Shown here: piece by piece, positions 1-7,935 of the stretch
How the letters are laid out: every line of letters starts with the position of its first letter
Numbering within the stretch: position 1 is the first letter of the stretch
Source of the DNA: Candidatus Heimdallarchaeota archaeon B3_Heim
Lineage (GTDB): Archaea; Asgardarchaeota; Heimdallarchaeia; Hodarchaeales; Hodarchaeaceae
Direction: 5' to 3'
Assembly (NCBI GenBank): GCA_003144275.1
Contig: NJBF01000006.1
Location: forward strand, 60,001-92,000
Length of the DNA stretch: 32,000 nucleotides
Notes under the pieces: model-generated
What the model was told of the DNA's origin: nothing
Databases searched by the model: none
What the model saw: the letters and a program-made list of their open reading frames with translations, nothing else
Position numbers and translations under genes: made by a program

Positions 1-1
1 T

Positions 2-595
2 GAAGAAGCAAAATCCTTACTCACCAAAGGGTTACAAAAAACTGCTAGAATTACCTATTTCCCACAAGAATTTTCTACATACTTATTGGATCTGAAACTT
101 TCTTCTAATTTACCTGTTTCCCTTTTACCTGATGATTTATTTGTAAAACCCAATTTCAAAGGAAAAACTGATTTCTTTCACCGACTAGCGTCCGAGCTCA
201 TTTCATTTGGATTAGCATATCAACGGGTTAACTTAAAACCAGTTCCTCTGCATAAAATTACCTCTTTATTTCATAAACATCGGCCTTGGTGGCAGTGTGA
301 CATTCAAGACATTGAAACTGCTCTTGATGTTCTAAAAAAGAATAGTATTGTACGCAAAAAGGAGGATGGTTATATTTTTGAGCCATTCTCAGTATCTAGT
401 GAGATCAGAACTTTTCTGTCTGCTATTTCCGATGGAATAAGCGATTATGGGGAAATATCCTTGACATTGATTGAGCAATTAGTACCTTGGGAGAACGCTA
501 GGATCATCGCAATATTAGAAATCCTTACTAGTAATCAGATTTGTATATATGACCAGAAGAACGAATTAGTTTATTTCCCAGGTTTTAAGAAATGA
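2..595 (+). CDS. ESCRT-II Vps22/Vps36-like (EAP30-domain, tandem winged-helix) protein, 5'-truncated by the window edge
   Basis: The frame is open from nt 2 (EEAKSLLTKGLQKTARITYFPQEFSTYLLDLKL...), so the track's TTG at 86 is not the start. Segments resemble remembered eukaryotic sequences: FSTYLLDL ~ Vps36 FKSYLLSM; DFFHRLASEL ~ Vps22 DFYYELGVQI / Vps36 YHMQLAKQL; DIQDIETALDVL ~ SQDDLIRAIKKL; WENARIIAILEIL...D...YFPGF ~ WETERARQVLEHL...D...YWLPALF. Confidence 0.7.
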   Translation, partial: EEAKSLLTKGLQKTARITYFPQEFSTYLLDLKLSSNLPVSLLPDDLFVKPNFKGKTDFFHRLASELISFGLAYQRVNLKPVPLHKITSLFHKHRPWWQCDIQDIETALDVLKKNSIVRKKEDGYIFEPFSVSSEIRTFLSAISDGISDYGEISLTLIEQLVPWENARIIAILEILTSNQICIYDQKNELVYFPGFKK

Positions 596-618
596 AAGAA
601 TGAGGAGCCCGAAATTTC

Positions 619-918
619 ATGTTATTTCCTCCCCCAGAGGCATCAAAATTTTATGATGATCGAATATTAATATCTTGGGAAATCTCTCAACCAAAAAATT
701 GTGATTTACTTCGTGAACTTAAATTTGAGATATCTGGAAAGCCTAAATTAGTTTTTGATCCTAATCAAAGCCCTATTATTGAGTTACCAACGTTAGAAGG
801 TAACACGGTTATCTTGAATTGGGTCATCAAGCAACCAGAAAAAAGTACAGATATTCACTTATCGATGGAGTCTTCAACGATTAAGGAAACCCAAAAAATT
901 ACCCTGCTCTCTGAATAA
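619..918 (+). CDS. Hypothetical 99-aa protein, predicted beta-rich
   Basis: ATG-started ORF 23 nt after the upstream stop, on the same strand. Alternating hydrophobic strand-like patterns (ILISWEI, LKFEI, VILNWVI, IHLSM, KITL). No family recognised. Confidence 0.55.
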   Translation: MLFPPPEASKFYDDRILISWEISQPKNCDLLRELKFEISGKPKLVFDPNQSPIIELPTLEGNTVILNWVIKQPEKSTDIHLSMESSTIKETQKITLLSE

Positions 919-950
919 TTATATGATACTGATTCCTTGAAATGAGTGGT

Positions 951-986
951 TGAAAGCTTTAAAAATTTCTAGAGTAAACGTTACTC
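951..986 (+). promoter_or_regulatory. Putative BRE/TATA (GAAAGC-TTTAAAAA, TATA 958-965) plus inverted repeat GAGTAA-ACG-TTACTC (972-986) upstream of rps17e
   Basis: Sequence pattern and position only; the transcription start is unknown. Confidence 0.3.
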
Positions 987-1060
987 GAAGCGTAATTACT
1001 CTTCTAAACACCATAAAACAATAGAATGACGAAGAGACACTCACTAGGATAATGAGCATT

Positions 1061-1276
1061 ATGGGTAAAGTCCGAACATCCGCAGTAAAAGTAATTTCAC
1101 GAGAAATTGTGAAAGCATATGAATCACATTTATCTCCAGATTCGTTTGAACATAATAAAGACATAGTCTCGAAAGTGGCTCATATCCATTCCAAGAGGTT
1201 TAGGAATCAAATTGCTGGATATGTTACGCATCAGTTAAAGCTGAAAAAGTTACGTGAAGAGTCCTACGAAGATTGA
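1061..1276 (+). CDS. rps17e: 30S ribosomal protein S17e (eS17)
   Basis: MGKVRT...VK..SREIV...FEHNK..V......SKRFRNQIAGYVT signature. Probable start is the ATG at 1061 (track start 1052). Confidence 0.95.
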   Translation: MGKVRTSAVKVISREIVKAYESHLSPDSFEHNKDIVSKVAHIHSKRFRNQIAGYVTHQLKLKKLREESYED

Positions 1277-1512
1277 ATCTATTTTTCTGCGAGTAATCGG
1301 ACCAACATTAACAATTTTGCATTTTTATGAGAGATTAAGCTGGTTTTCTTCTAATTTGAGCTTAGCTTTCAAGTTTCTAGTCTTTTAAAGATGAAACAAT
1401 GGTTTATTAGAAGGTATATGGAGAAAACCTCATCGCCATTGCTCTCTCTAAATTATCTCATGGTTACATAGATTTTCTTAATTCGACGAAAAAAGTAAGT
1501 GTGAATCGTTCT

Positions 1513-1695
1513 ATGGCAGATAGTCCTCCACTTGGTGTACGCATAAAAGTTGAAGAAACTAAAGAGCGGTGTGGGAAGTGTAAGGCGCCATTCATCATGG
1601 AAGTTTATCTGGATCCATTAAGTGAAAGAAGATCGACAAGAGTCTACTGTAAGAATTGTCACTATGATGTCCCATTGGAGGAAAATGATTATTGA
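1513..1695 (+). CDS. Small zinc-ribbon protein (CGKC...CKNC)
   Basis: Two CxxC motifs in about 60 aa. The stop overlaps the next gene's TTG start (TTGA). ATG at 1513 is preferred over GTG at 1501. Confidence 0.65.
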   Translation: MADSPPLGVRIKVEETKERCGKCKAPFIMEVYLDPLSERRSTRVYCKNCHYDVPLEENDY

Positions 1696-2306
1696 GGTCT
1701 GCTAAACCTCCTGAATTTTATTTTGAGTGTCAACAGAGTGGTCTTTGTTGTTGTGATCCAAAGATTATTGTTACTACAACTTTTCTCGATATCTATAGCT
1801 TATATTTAGCGCTAGAGAGAGAATTTGACTACCTCCTGAAAAAATTATCATTTTACAGGATCGATACTGACCTAAGTCCTGAATCACGGAAGAAATTAGT
1901 TCTCTCAGCTATCCACACATCTGATGGTGAAATAATTCCAGGTCTGAGAAAAATTAATGGACAAAATTGTGTCTTTTACACCAGACCAAATTGCTCAATT
2001 TATCGATATCGGCCACGTGCCTGCAAAAACTACCCCATTGCTTTTCTTGATAACAAATCTGAGAATCGATTCATTTGGGCAAAGGATTCGGAAAAAGTTT
2101 GTCCTGGAGTAGGAAAAGGTAGACTCTTATCTCTTACTTCTTTAATTCAAGAAAGAAAAATTACTCTACAAGATATTCAAGCCCATAATGATCTTATCAA
2201 TGAACTGAACACTGAAGCTTCAAAGGGAACGCCATTATCAGCGAGAGAAGTAATCTGGTTGTTCATAGTCTATGCTGAAAAGTATCTTTCGACAAAAGAG
2301 GAATAA
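1692..2306 (+). CDS. YkgJ/UPF0153 family Cys-cluster (putative Fe-S/Zn) protein
   Basis: FECQQSGLCCC, CVFY...CSIYRYRPRACKNYP and CPGVGKG motifs. Confidence 0.85.
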   Translation: MRSAKPPEFYFECQQSGLCCCDPKIIVTTTFLDIYSLYLALEREFDYLLKKLSFYRIDTDLSPESRKKLVLSAIHTSDGEIIPGLRKINGQNCVFYTRPNCSIYRYRPRACKNYPIAFLDNKSENRFIWAKDSEKVCPGVGKGRLLSLTSLIQERKITLQDIQAHNDLINELNTEASKGTPLSAREVIWLFIVYAEKYLSTKEE

Positions 2307-2337
2307 TTCCCTATTAGCCGTTTATTAGTTTAAGGAG

Positions 2338-3927
2338 TCAATTCTTCCAGACTAATGCTTTCTTGTAATCACTTATTTCCTTTTCTATTTCTTCAGAGGA
2401 CCATCCTAATAGGTCTCCCATATGGTGAGCGATCTCTTCAATGCAATCCAAACCTTGTTCAAATGATAATTGAATCTGTGTTCGTCGAAATAACACATCT
2501 CGTAATGTGATTACTTTTTCATATTTAATAAAATAATTGATTTCACCGAAAATATAAGGACGATGATTTGTAATAACTTTCATTAGCTGAGGATCTTCCT
2601 TTGCTTCATCTAGCATTTTGATATAATTATCCCCATATCTCAATAAGTGTTGAGCGACTTGCTCTGACAAATTATACCGGATCATCATATTCTCACATGC
2701 GATTCTTGACCAAGCGTCCCAACCCTGACGTTTAGTTGAAACCCAGCCATTCAATGGAACCTTGTCTGTAGTAGATTTTGTTTTATCCCCGAGAATTTTC
2801 GTGATTTTATCCACCATTTCTTTAGCCATTGTTCGATAGGTGGTAAATTTTCCTCCCGCTATAGCAAAAGTATTTGGTCTAACCATCCGGATTTCATGAT
2901 TTCGTGAAACATCCGATTCTGATTTGGCAGAGTTAGAGAGAATTAAGGGGCGGAGCCCTGAATATGCACTGATGATATCTTGCTCTGTGAGAGAACCAGG
3001 AAACATAAAATTCACTGCATCGATCAGGTAATTTGCATCTTCCTTTGTTACTGGAATATAATTAAAATCTTCCCCATAATCTGTGTCCGTTGTCCCAACT
3101 AACAAATTCTCTCCAAATGGAACAATAAATATTATCCTTCCATCTTCAACAGGTATAACAACGGCATGATCTAGGTTATAAAACCGTTTTGTAATTAGGT
3201 GAACTCCCTTTGTAGGTCGAACACGCGAATGTGATGAAGGGTTGATTTGTTGAACCATCATATCCCTCCAATGACCACAGGCTAAAACAAGCGTTTTTGT
3301 TTGGACTGTAAATACATGTTTATTCGTTTGATCGCGCATCGTTACTGTATCTACTCCCTCTGGACTTTGTAAATGGAAATGTTCAGCCGAACAATAATTT
3401 AAAATATTAGCTCCTGCTTTTTCTGCAGACAACATGACTTCAAGAGTCAACCGAGCATCATCCATTTGACCATCACCATAAATTGCTGCCCCTTGAAAAT
3501 TTGTCTCACGAATAGAATTTGGTAGTAGCATCTTTGCTTTTTCAGGGCCTAGTATTTTGTGAAAAGAATAATTTCGAAAATTAGCGAAAAGATCATAGAG
3601 CCAAACTGCTAATCTCATTTTTTTCTTTGTCAGAATAGTATCAGAATGAAGAGGAACAAGAAATTTCAATGGTCGTGTTATATGTGGTGCCATTTCAAGG
3701 ATTTTTTTTCTTTCAATTGATGCTTCACGAACGAGACGAAATTCCTTTTGGCCAATATAGCGCAGTCCCGCGTGTACAAGTTTGGATGAACCACTACTTG
3801 TCCCATGACCAAAATCATCTTTCTCAACTAATGCAACTGTAAGACCTCTTAGAGCAGCATCCCGAGCGATACCTGCACCTGTTATACCCCCTCCTACAAT
3901 AAGGATATCATAGTTAGTCTTACTCAT
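2338..3927 (-). CDS. glpD: FAD-dependent glycerol-3-phosphate dehydrogenase/oxidase (GlpD/GlpA family)
   Basis: YDILIVGGGITGAGIARDAALRGL, GTSSGSSKLVHAGLRY, DGQMDDARL, PTKGVHL, SAYSGLRPL, IAGGKFTTYRTMA, and a C-terminal TLRDVLFRRT. Likely start is the ATG at 3927 (MSKTNYD); the track start at 4035 overlaps tatD. Confidence 0.92.
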   Translation of the reverse strand: MSKTNYDILIVGGGITGAGIARDAALRGLTVALVEKDDFGHGTSSGSSKLVHAGLRYIGQKEFRLVREASIERKKILEMAPHITRPLKFLVPLHSDTILTKKKMRLAVWLYDLFANFRNYSFHKILGPEKAKMLLPNSIRETNFQGAAIYGDGQMDDARLTLEVMLSAEKAGANILNYCSAEHFHLQSPEGVDTVTMRDQTNKHVFTVQTKTLVLACGHWRDMMVQQINPSSHSRVRPTKGVHLITKRFYNLDHAVVIPVEDGRIIFIVPFGENLLVGTTDTDYGEDFNYIPVTKEDANYLIDAVNFMFPGSLTEQDIISAYSGLRPLILSNSAKSESDVSRNHEIRMVRPNTFAIAGGKFTTYRTMAKEMVDKITKILGDKTKSTTDKVPLNGWVSTKRQGWDAWSRIACENMMIRYNLSEQVAQHLLRYGDNYIKMLDEAKEDPQLMKVITNHRPYIFGEINYFIKYEKVITLRDVLFRRTQIQLSFEQGLDCIEEIAHHMGDLLGWSSEEIEKEISDYKKALVWKN

Positions 3928-3991
3928 TTTTTGAATAGTGTGTTCGCGGTATTTATGATTTTTCACAGTTTCTGCCTCGATCTCTGAATTG

Positions 3992-4735
3992 CTATATATT
4001 GAAGAATTTTTCCGCATTTCGGGTCGTAATCGCATCTACTTCTTCGATAGATGAATTCTTTAGCTTCGCTAACTCTTCAACGGCATATTTTATGTTTGCT
4101 GGTTCATTACGCTTTCTTGGTATGGGACTAAGAAAAGGAGAATCAGTTTCTACCACAATATGCTCTAAAGGAGTCTTTCGTGCTATCTTGCGATGTTTCT
4201 TTCGATTAACTACTGCTGTCGGTATTGATATCATCCATCCTAAATCAATTACTCTGGTTGTTTCACTGATGTTCCCTGCAAAACAATGCATTAGAATAGG
4301 TACTTTGGCGAAACGTTCCAAAATATCAATACAATCTGATTCCGCTTTCCGAGAGTGAATGACTAATGGTTTCTCAAGAGTATTCGCAAGCTCTATCAAC
4401 TGCTTAAAGATATCTTGTTGCTTACTTCGCCATTGGGATTCATGTATCCAGTGATAATCCAGCCCAATTTCCCCAATTGCAACAATAGAGGTGTTTTGAC
4501 CTATTAATTCAATTGTCTCCTCAAATGGTATCTCTTTAATCCTCTGTGGGGCAAACCCCAGTGTGGTAAAAATAAATTCTGGATGAGTTTTAGCGAGTTG
4601 AGTGGCAAAAGTAAATTGATGGGGTTCAATTGCACTATTTATTACAGCCTGAAGACCCGTTTTTTTCGCATTATCTATTACCACATCAATATTTTTCATG
4701 AAGTCTGGTAATAAATGTGCATGTGCATCGATCAT
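3992..4735 (-). CDS. tatD: TatD family DNase/metallohydrolase
   Basis: IDAHAHL, GEIGLDY, IHSR, MHCF and ETDSPF motifs. Confidence 0.95.
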   Translation of the reverse strand: MIDAHAHLLPDFMKNIDVVIDNAKKTGLQAVINSAIEPHQFTFATQLAKTHPEFIFTTLGFAPQRIKEIPFEETIELIGQNTSIVAIGEIGLDYHWIHESQWRSKQQDIFKQLIELANTLEKPLVIHSRKAESDCIDILERFAKVPILMHCFAGNISETTRVIDLGWMISIPTAVVNRKKHRKIARKTPLEHIVVETDSPFLSPIPRKRNEPANIKYAVEELAKLKNSSIEEVDAITTRNAEKFFNI

Positions 4736-5049
4736 TACTCATACCTACGCTTTGCTAAATTGAAATTGAGTGTGCCCTTTGTTTCAAGTGTATCTGTGAA
4801 AGGAAAGCTTATCAACTTATTATTTGAGTATTTAGTGTCGATGCTGTAAGAGCATTAAATTTCCTTCGCTTTCATTCTGATATTCCCAATGCAGAACTCA
4901 ATAAGCTTAAGAATGATATGAGAGAATTGGTCATACAAGCAAAAACTGAATCTACTAAATTTCTATACTAATCGAATCTTTATAAAATCTAAAATCATCA
5001 GAGAATTAATAGACCTAATGGGTCTCTTTTCATCAATAGAGGTCTTGTC

Positions 5050-6051
5050 ATGGAAGAATCAGAGTTAAGAGAACTTATTCGTGAATATGCAATGCAGGTA
5101 CGTCTTGATCAAGGTGAAGCATCATTAACCTCGGTTCTTAAGCATGTGATAGCAGAAAACCCAGGAGTGAAAACTCAAGTAAGGTCTTCGGTTGCGCTAA
5201 TAAAAGAAGTAATCGGAGAGGTAAATTCTATGGAAGAAAACGATCTGAGTGAGAGCTCGAGCGGAATTTCTGTTGATGAAGCAAGCGAATATGAAATGTT
5301 GGTTAAATTAGTAAGTCAAAAGTTGTTAGATTCTCCTGAATTGAAAAAAGACATTAAAAGCCTGATGATTTATGGATCCTACGCAAAAAGATTACACGTT
5401 GTCGGAGAGAGTGATATCAATTTTTTGATTGTTCTCACTGCGGAAAAAGACTCTGAAAAAGCGATTGAAACCATATCTAATATAGCAGAAGAAATTATCA
5501 CACCCGAACTTGCGCATATTTTTGACTTAATGATTTTAAAAGAGGATGATATTTCCGAGTTGGAAAAATTCGGTCCTGATTTCACACATATTCATGCTCT
5601 CTATGCTAATGTAGGGGAACTCATCTATGGTGAAAATTATTTCCGTGATCTTGAATTTACTGATGATCAAGTCCGAGATGCTGCAAAATTGTTAATAGCA
5701 GAAGCAATTTCTCAAATTGATGAGATCATCAAAACTGCAAAAGAAGAAGATTTACCTGAAGATGAATTAGATTACTTGATAGGAGCATCTGTTATTGATA
5801 TTGCCTTCGGTCTTTCTTGTCATAAAGCGGGAATTAAATCTGTATCAATGGATCTCGTGAAACCTGATATCCATGAAGAAATCATTGAGGTTTGGGGACC
5901 TGAATCTGAATTTTCTATTTATTATCCTCTATTAGAAAAAGCCCATGCTTTTAAACTTGGTATTAAACTTCCCGAATCCGATGATTTTATGGCAACTTGT
6001 ATAGAATTTATTAAAAAAGTTATTGAATATACTGGTTTGCATGAAGCATAA
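5050..6051 (+). CDS. Multi-domain nucleotidyltransferase: GluRS-N-terminus-like domain + pol-beta-fold NTase + C-terminal helical (HEPN/KNTase-like) domain
   Basis: NTase motif YGSYAK...ESDINFLIV with a downstream FDLMIL strand and the MNT-type end GELIYGE. Residues 1-62 resemble the archaeal GluRS N-terminus. GAGGT SD-like motif upstream of the ATG. Confidence 0.75.
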   Translation: MEESELRELIREYAMQVRLDQGEASLTSVLKHVIAENPGVKTQVRSSVALIKEVIGEVNSMEENDLSESSSGISVDEASEYEMLVKLVSQKLLDSPELKKDIKSLMIYGSYAKRLHVVGESDINFLIVLTAEKDSEKAIETISNIAEEIITPELAHIFDLMILKEDDISELEKFGPDFTHIHALYANVGELIYGENYFRDLEFTDDQVRDAAKLLIAEAISQIDEIIKTAKEEDLPEDELDYLIGASVIDIAFGLSCHKAGIKSVSMDLVKPDIHEEIIEVWGPESEFSIYYPLLEKAHAFKLGIKLPESDDFMATCIEFIKKVIEYTGLHEA

Positions 6052-6059
6052 ACAATCTG

Positions 6060-6656
6060 TTACTTGCCAATATTCGCAAGGAATCCTTCTCGCTCTAGAT
6101 AGGGTTTCAAAAAGACAAATTCACTCATATAACGTTCTAGTTCCTTTAGAGCATAGGAATGAAACGAATTTGCTTGTTCATGAGTAATCCAATGTTTTTT
6201 TGAGTATAATGAAGATTGATTCATAACATCAATATGGTCTGCAACTCTAGCAATTCTAAATTCAGCACTGTTTTGATTTCCTATGAGCTCTAGTAACGAA
6301 GCTCCAATTTCGGGATTCAATTGGTCGACTATACGTTTTAATGCCCCTTCTTCAATATTTTGAAGAAATTCAGAAATTTCATTTGAAGCTGACAAATTAT
6401 AAAGGCTTTTATCTATATCCATATACTCAGATTCAGGGAAATCGTGAAAAAGCGCATGTAATACGGCTTTTTCAGTGTTAATGAGCGTTTTTATTGCTTG
6501 ATTCTTTCTTAAGATATTTTCCTCAAAACAAAAGAAGTATGTAAGAATACTAACAGCCCAAGAATGATCTGCTAGAGATTCAATGTCACATTTTGGAACT
6601 CCAGCTCGGATCCAGCCAGTACGCAGCAAAGATTTCATTAATTCAATGTTCTTCAT
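6060..6656 (-). CDS. HD-domain 5'-deoxynucleotidase, HDDC2/YfbR family
   Basis: LLRTGW...ESLADHSW, ALFHDFPE...DI, VADHID. Likely start is the ATG at 6656 (track TTG 6665). Confidence 0.9.
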   Translation of the reverse strand: MKNIELMKSLLRTGWIRAGVPKCDIESLADHSWAVSILTYFFCFEENILRKNQAIKTLINTEKAVLHALFHDFPESEYMDIDKSLYNLSASNEISEFLQNIEEGALKRIVDQLNPEIGASLLELIGNQNSAEFRIARVADHIDVMNQSSLYSKKHWITHEQANSFHSYALKELERYMSEFVFLKPYLEREGFLANIGK

Positions 6657-6769
6657 CAAAATCAACTTATTACACCATAAAAATTAATGATACGCATACA
6701 GTCGAATTCATGTAGAAAATCCAAGTAGGGTTTTATCCCTTCCCCCCTTGGGAATCGGAGATAAAAATG

Positions 6770-7060
6770 TCATGCTTTCATATAGACAGTTAATCGTCTA
6801 TTTGAAAACGCTTTTTTCAAGATTTTTTTCTCTTCCAAATCGGTTAATAGTTGCTTTGCCGCAGAAACGCGGATATCATTACGCGCAGCTATTTCCTGAG
6901 GAGTAACAACGACAGATTTCCGTTTTTCATATTCAGTGGTTAGATCTTTCAGCATAGCGTTATATTCGTCACCTACGAGTAATGATCGTTCATAACTAGT
7001 ATACTCGAAGACTTTACCCCATCTTCGTTTTTTACGTACCCTTTTATCAGATATGCTCAT
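6770..7060 (-). CDS. rps25e: 30S ribosomal protein S25e (eS25)
   Basis: Basic N-terminus with KKRRWGK and a winged helix VTPQEIAARNDIRVSAAKQLLTDLEEKKILK...RRLTVY matching the eS25 pattern. Likely start is the ATG at 7060. Confidence 0.82.
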   Translation of the reverse strand: MSISDKRVRKKRRWGKVFEYTSYERSLLVGDEYNAMLKDLTTEYEKRKSVVVTPQEIAARNDIRVSAAKQLLTDLEEKKILKKAFSNRRLTVYMKA

Positions 7061-7210
7061 CTTAATCGACTCCAATCAGCCTACTTGACATGTACTGTTC
7101 TTTTCTCCTTTGATATATGAAGGGTTCGATTGTATTGCCTAATTGTTTTTAAAATGCAGCTGTTTAATTCCTATATACTTTGTGATAAAGGAACTAAACG
7201 TGAGTAATAT

Positions 7211-7921
7211 ATGCTCGGAACATTGATCAATTGTCTGGCTGTTATATGTGGAACAATAATCGGAGTTACTATGGGAAAAGTATTCTTTTCTGATGAAATG
7301 AAACAAATCACCATAAAAAGTATCGGTTTATTGACAATGATGTTTGGAGTTCAAATGTTTCTGAAGTATCCCTTATCAGAAATGGAATTCCTAGTTTTAA
7401 TGTTTTCTTTAGTTCTAGGTGGGATAATTGGAGTATTGATCAAGATTGAAGATAACATCGAAAAGCTGGGAGAATGGTTTAAAGATCGAGCTAAAAACTC
7501 AGAAAGTACTTTTGTTGAGGGTTTTGTTGTTGCTTCCATCATTTTTGAAACTGGACCGTTAGCAATTCTTGGATCAATAAAAGATGGCATCAGTCAAGAA
7601 TTAGATTTATTACTGATAAAATCTGGATTGGATGGAATAATGTCAATCGTGCTATCGGCAACACTGGGAATAGGTGTAATTTTTAGTGTAGTTCCAATAT
7701 TAGTGTACCAGGGTTCAATTACATTGATTTCAGTGCTAGTAAGTCCCCAGCTAAGTGAATCGGTTCAGGGGATGATAAGTGTTGTCGGAGGCGTGTTAAT
7801 TCTCGGATTAGGTATTCGGATATTAGAAATAAAAGATATCCCTGTAGGAGATATGACTCCCTCTATATTACTAGTTATTCCTTTTACATTAATTTTTGAA
7901 GTGATTCAAGTAATGTTTTGA
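7211..7921 (+). CDS. DUF554 (YdfK-like) membrane protein
   Basis: MLGTLINCLAVICGTIIG, GFVVASIIFETGPLAILGSI, LLLIKSGLDG motifs; multiple TM helices. Confidence 0.9.
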   Translation: MLGTLINCLAVICGTIIGVTMGKVFFSDEMKQITIKSIGLLTMMFGVQMFLKYPLSEMEFLVLMFSLVLGGIIGVLIKIEDNIEKLGEWFKDRAKNSESTFVEGFVVASIIFETGPLAILGSIKDGISQELDLLLIKSGLDGIMSIVLSATLGIGVIFSVVPILVYQGSITLISVLVSPQLSESVQGMISVVGGVLILGLGIRILEIKDIPVGDMTPSILLVIPFTLIFEVIQVMF

Positions 7922-7935
7922 TTTACACTTATCAA

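Noticed and set aside
3928-4035. 36-aa N-terminal extension of the G3P dehydrogenase in the track
   Set aside because: It overlaps the tatD 3' end, and the Rossmann motif begins right after the ATG at 3927.
4828-4971. Protein-like 47-codon open stretch (VFSVDAVRALNFLRFHSDIPNAELNKLKNDMRELV...) preceded by an in-frame TGA
   Set aside because: There is no start codon at its 5' end, the frame upstream of the TGA does not look coding, and there is no SECIS-like support. It is at most a gene remnant.
6700-6760. G/C-run hairpin (CCAAG...GGG-ATAAAA-CCC..CTTGG on the minus strand) after rps25e
   Set aside because: The stems are short and asymmetric, with no C/D or H/ACA boxes; it cannot be distinguished from chance.
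7062-7091. 9-aa upstream ORF (MSSRLIGVD) ending 1 nt before the rps25e ATG
   Set aside because: It is too short to support, and the AAGGAG motif is 13 nt away, too far for a convincing SD.
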